From: Methanotrichaceae archaeon
GTDB taxonomy: Archaea > Halobacteriota > Methanosarcinia > Methanotrichales > Methanotrichaceae
Direction of reading: 5' to 3'
Assembly: GCA_963813075.1 (NCBI GenBank)
Contig: CAWEXU010000013.1
Span: 32,001-96,000, forward strand
Length of the DNA: 64,000 nt
The position numbers and the translations under genes are program-made. Under the pieces are notes generated by a model. It did no database searches and was not told where the DNA came from. It saw only the letters and a program-made list of their open reading frames with translations. Positions 62,879 through 64,000 of this stretch are shown piece by piece (the first letter of the stretch is position 1; each line of letters opens with the position of its first letter).

Positions 62879-64000
62879 TCAAAACGTCATACCGGCCTGC
62901 AGCTGCAAATGTTCCAGTATCGGGCCGAGCACATAGATCGGGAAGAATGTCAGACCGCCCACGATTATAATGGTGCCTACTAGCATGATCACAAAGAGCG
63001 GGCTTGCAGCCGGCAAAGTGGCGGAGCTGGCAGGAATGATCCTCTTTTGAGCCAGAGATCCGGCCAGGGCCAAAGCTGGCAGGATAGTGGCAAACCTGCC
63101 CACCAGCATGCCGAAAGCTGTGGCCAAATTATAGAAGATTGTATTCGAATTCAAGCCTGCAAAGGCCGAGCCATTATTGCCGCAAGCCGAGGCAAAGGCA
63201 TAGATGATCTCAGAAAACCCGTGTGCTTCAGCGTCGCCAAGACTGGACTGGCCCTGGGGCAGAACTACAGCTATAGCAGCAAGGGTCAGCAATGCGATAG
63301 ATGGTGCCAGCAGGCCGACGACGGCCATGACCATCTCGAAAGGCTCCAGCTTCTTGCCATAGAGTTCAGGCGTCCTACCAATCATGAGTCCTGCCAGAAA
63401 CATGGTCATGATGGCGTAAAAGAAGATGCCAATCAGGCCTACGCCCACTCCCCCGAATATTACCTCGCCTACGGTCATATTAAATAGCAGCACCAGACCG
63501 GCCAGGGGCATAAGGCTATCATGCATGCTGTCAACGCCGCCACATGAGGTAGCAGTAGTGGATTGAGCAAAGATCACTGAGGGTATTATGCCAAAGCGGG
63601 TTTCTTTTCCCTCCATATTCATCCCATTGGCCACTCCCAGATCCTCTAGCAATGGATTTCCTGAAGTCTCAGCCCAAAGTCCAATGCTGAGGCCCATGAT
63701 GTAAAGGAGCAGCATCGATGCGAATATCGCTCTGCCTTGCTGATAATTCTTGATCATGGATCCGAAAGCAAAGGGGAGCGAGGCCGGAATTAGCAGCATA
63801 CCCAAAACTTGCAGGAAATCCGTCAAAGGTGTTGGGTTCTCAAAGGGGTGAGATGAGTTGGCATTAAAAAAGCCGCCCCCATTGGTTCCCAGGAACTTAA
63901 TGGCCTCCTGGGTGGCTGCTGGACCTAGGGCGATGAGTTGCTCTGCACCATCAAGGCCATGGGATATGACATATGGGCCAAGGGTCTGGACGACCCCCTG
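62879..64000 (-). CDS. kdpA: K+-transporting ATPase subunit A (5' part outside window)
   Basis: [38 protein letters not shown]; frame open to the window edge. Confidence 0.97.
   Translation of the reverse strand, partial: QGVVQTLGPYVISHGLDGAEQLIALGPAATQEAIKFLGTNGGGFFNANSSHPFENPTPLTDFLQVLGMLLIPASLPFAFGSMIKNYQQGRAIFASMLLLYIMGLSIGLWAETSGNPLLEDLGVANGMNMEGKETRFGIIPSVIFAQSTTATSCGGVDSMHDSLMPLAGLVLLFNMTVGEVIFGGVGVGLIGIFFYAIMTMFLAGLMIGRTPELYGKKLEPFEMVMAVVGLLAPSIALLTLAAIAVVLPQGQSSLGDAEAHGFSEIIYAFASACGNNGSAFAGLNSNTIFYNLATAFGMLVGRFATILPALALAGSLAQKRIIPASSATLPAASPLFVIMLVGTIIIVGGLTFFPIYVLGPILEHLQLQAGMTF

Noticed and set aside
1..64000. cas1/cas2/cas4 adaptation genes and rRNA genes
   Set aside because: No such motifs found in this window; adaptation genes may lie upstream of position 1.

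Overview
Archaeal methanogen chromosome segment, most consistent with Methanothrix (Methanosaeta), judged from the mcrBDGA operon without mcrC and the gene content. 1-11.7 kb: CRISPR array (17 repeats, 16 spacers) followed by a type III-A operon (cas10, csm2-5), a Csx1/TM1812-type CARF-HEPN effector, Csx15, two different Cas6-type genes on the opposite strand (one is the Cas6 half of type I-G Csb2), and a 2-TM+CARF (Cam1-like) gene. 11.7-16.5 kb: accessory zone where small genes (acylphosphatase-domain protein, AbrB/VapC TA pair, secreted protein) alternate with five co-oriented copies of an unannotated element of up to ~240 bp and with solitary degenerate CRISPR repeats. The remainder is mostly housekeeping/metabolic: fpg, an acyl-CoA synthetase-ferredoxin fusion with vorBA, an AT-richer two-gene PD-(D/E)xK cassette behind a broken TA pair, cax, aminotransferase/Lrp, three tRNAs, pelota, topA, mcrBDGA, mrp, an IS630 inserted in a DUF5320-like gene, a CobN-like/ExbB/DUF2149/DUF2162 cluster, a RelE TA pair and kdpABC with a KdpD lacking its histidine kinase domain. 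Many genes carry single-base frameshifts, probably long-read indel errors, and they are densest in the cas operon. All protein calls come from motif recognition by eye; no database search was run.
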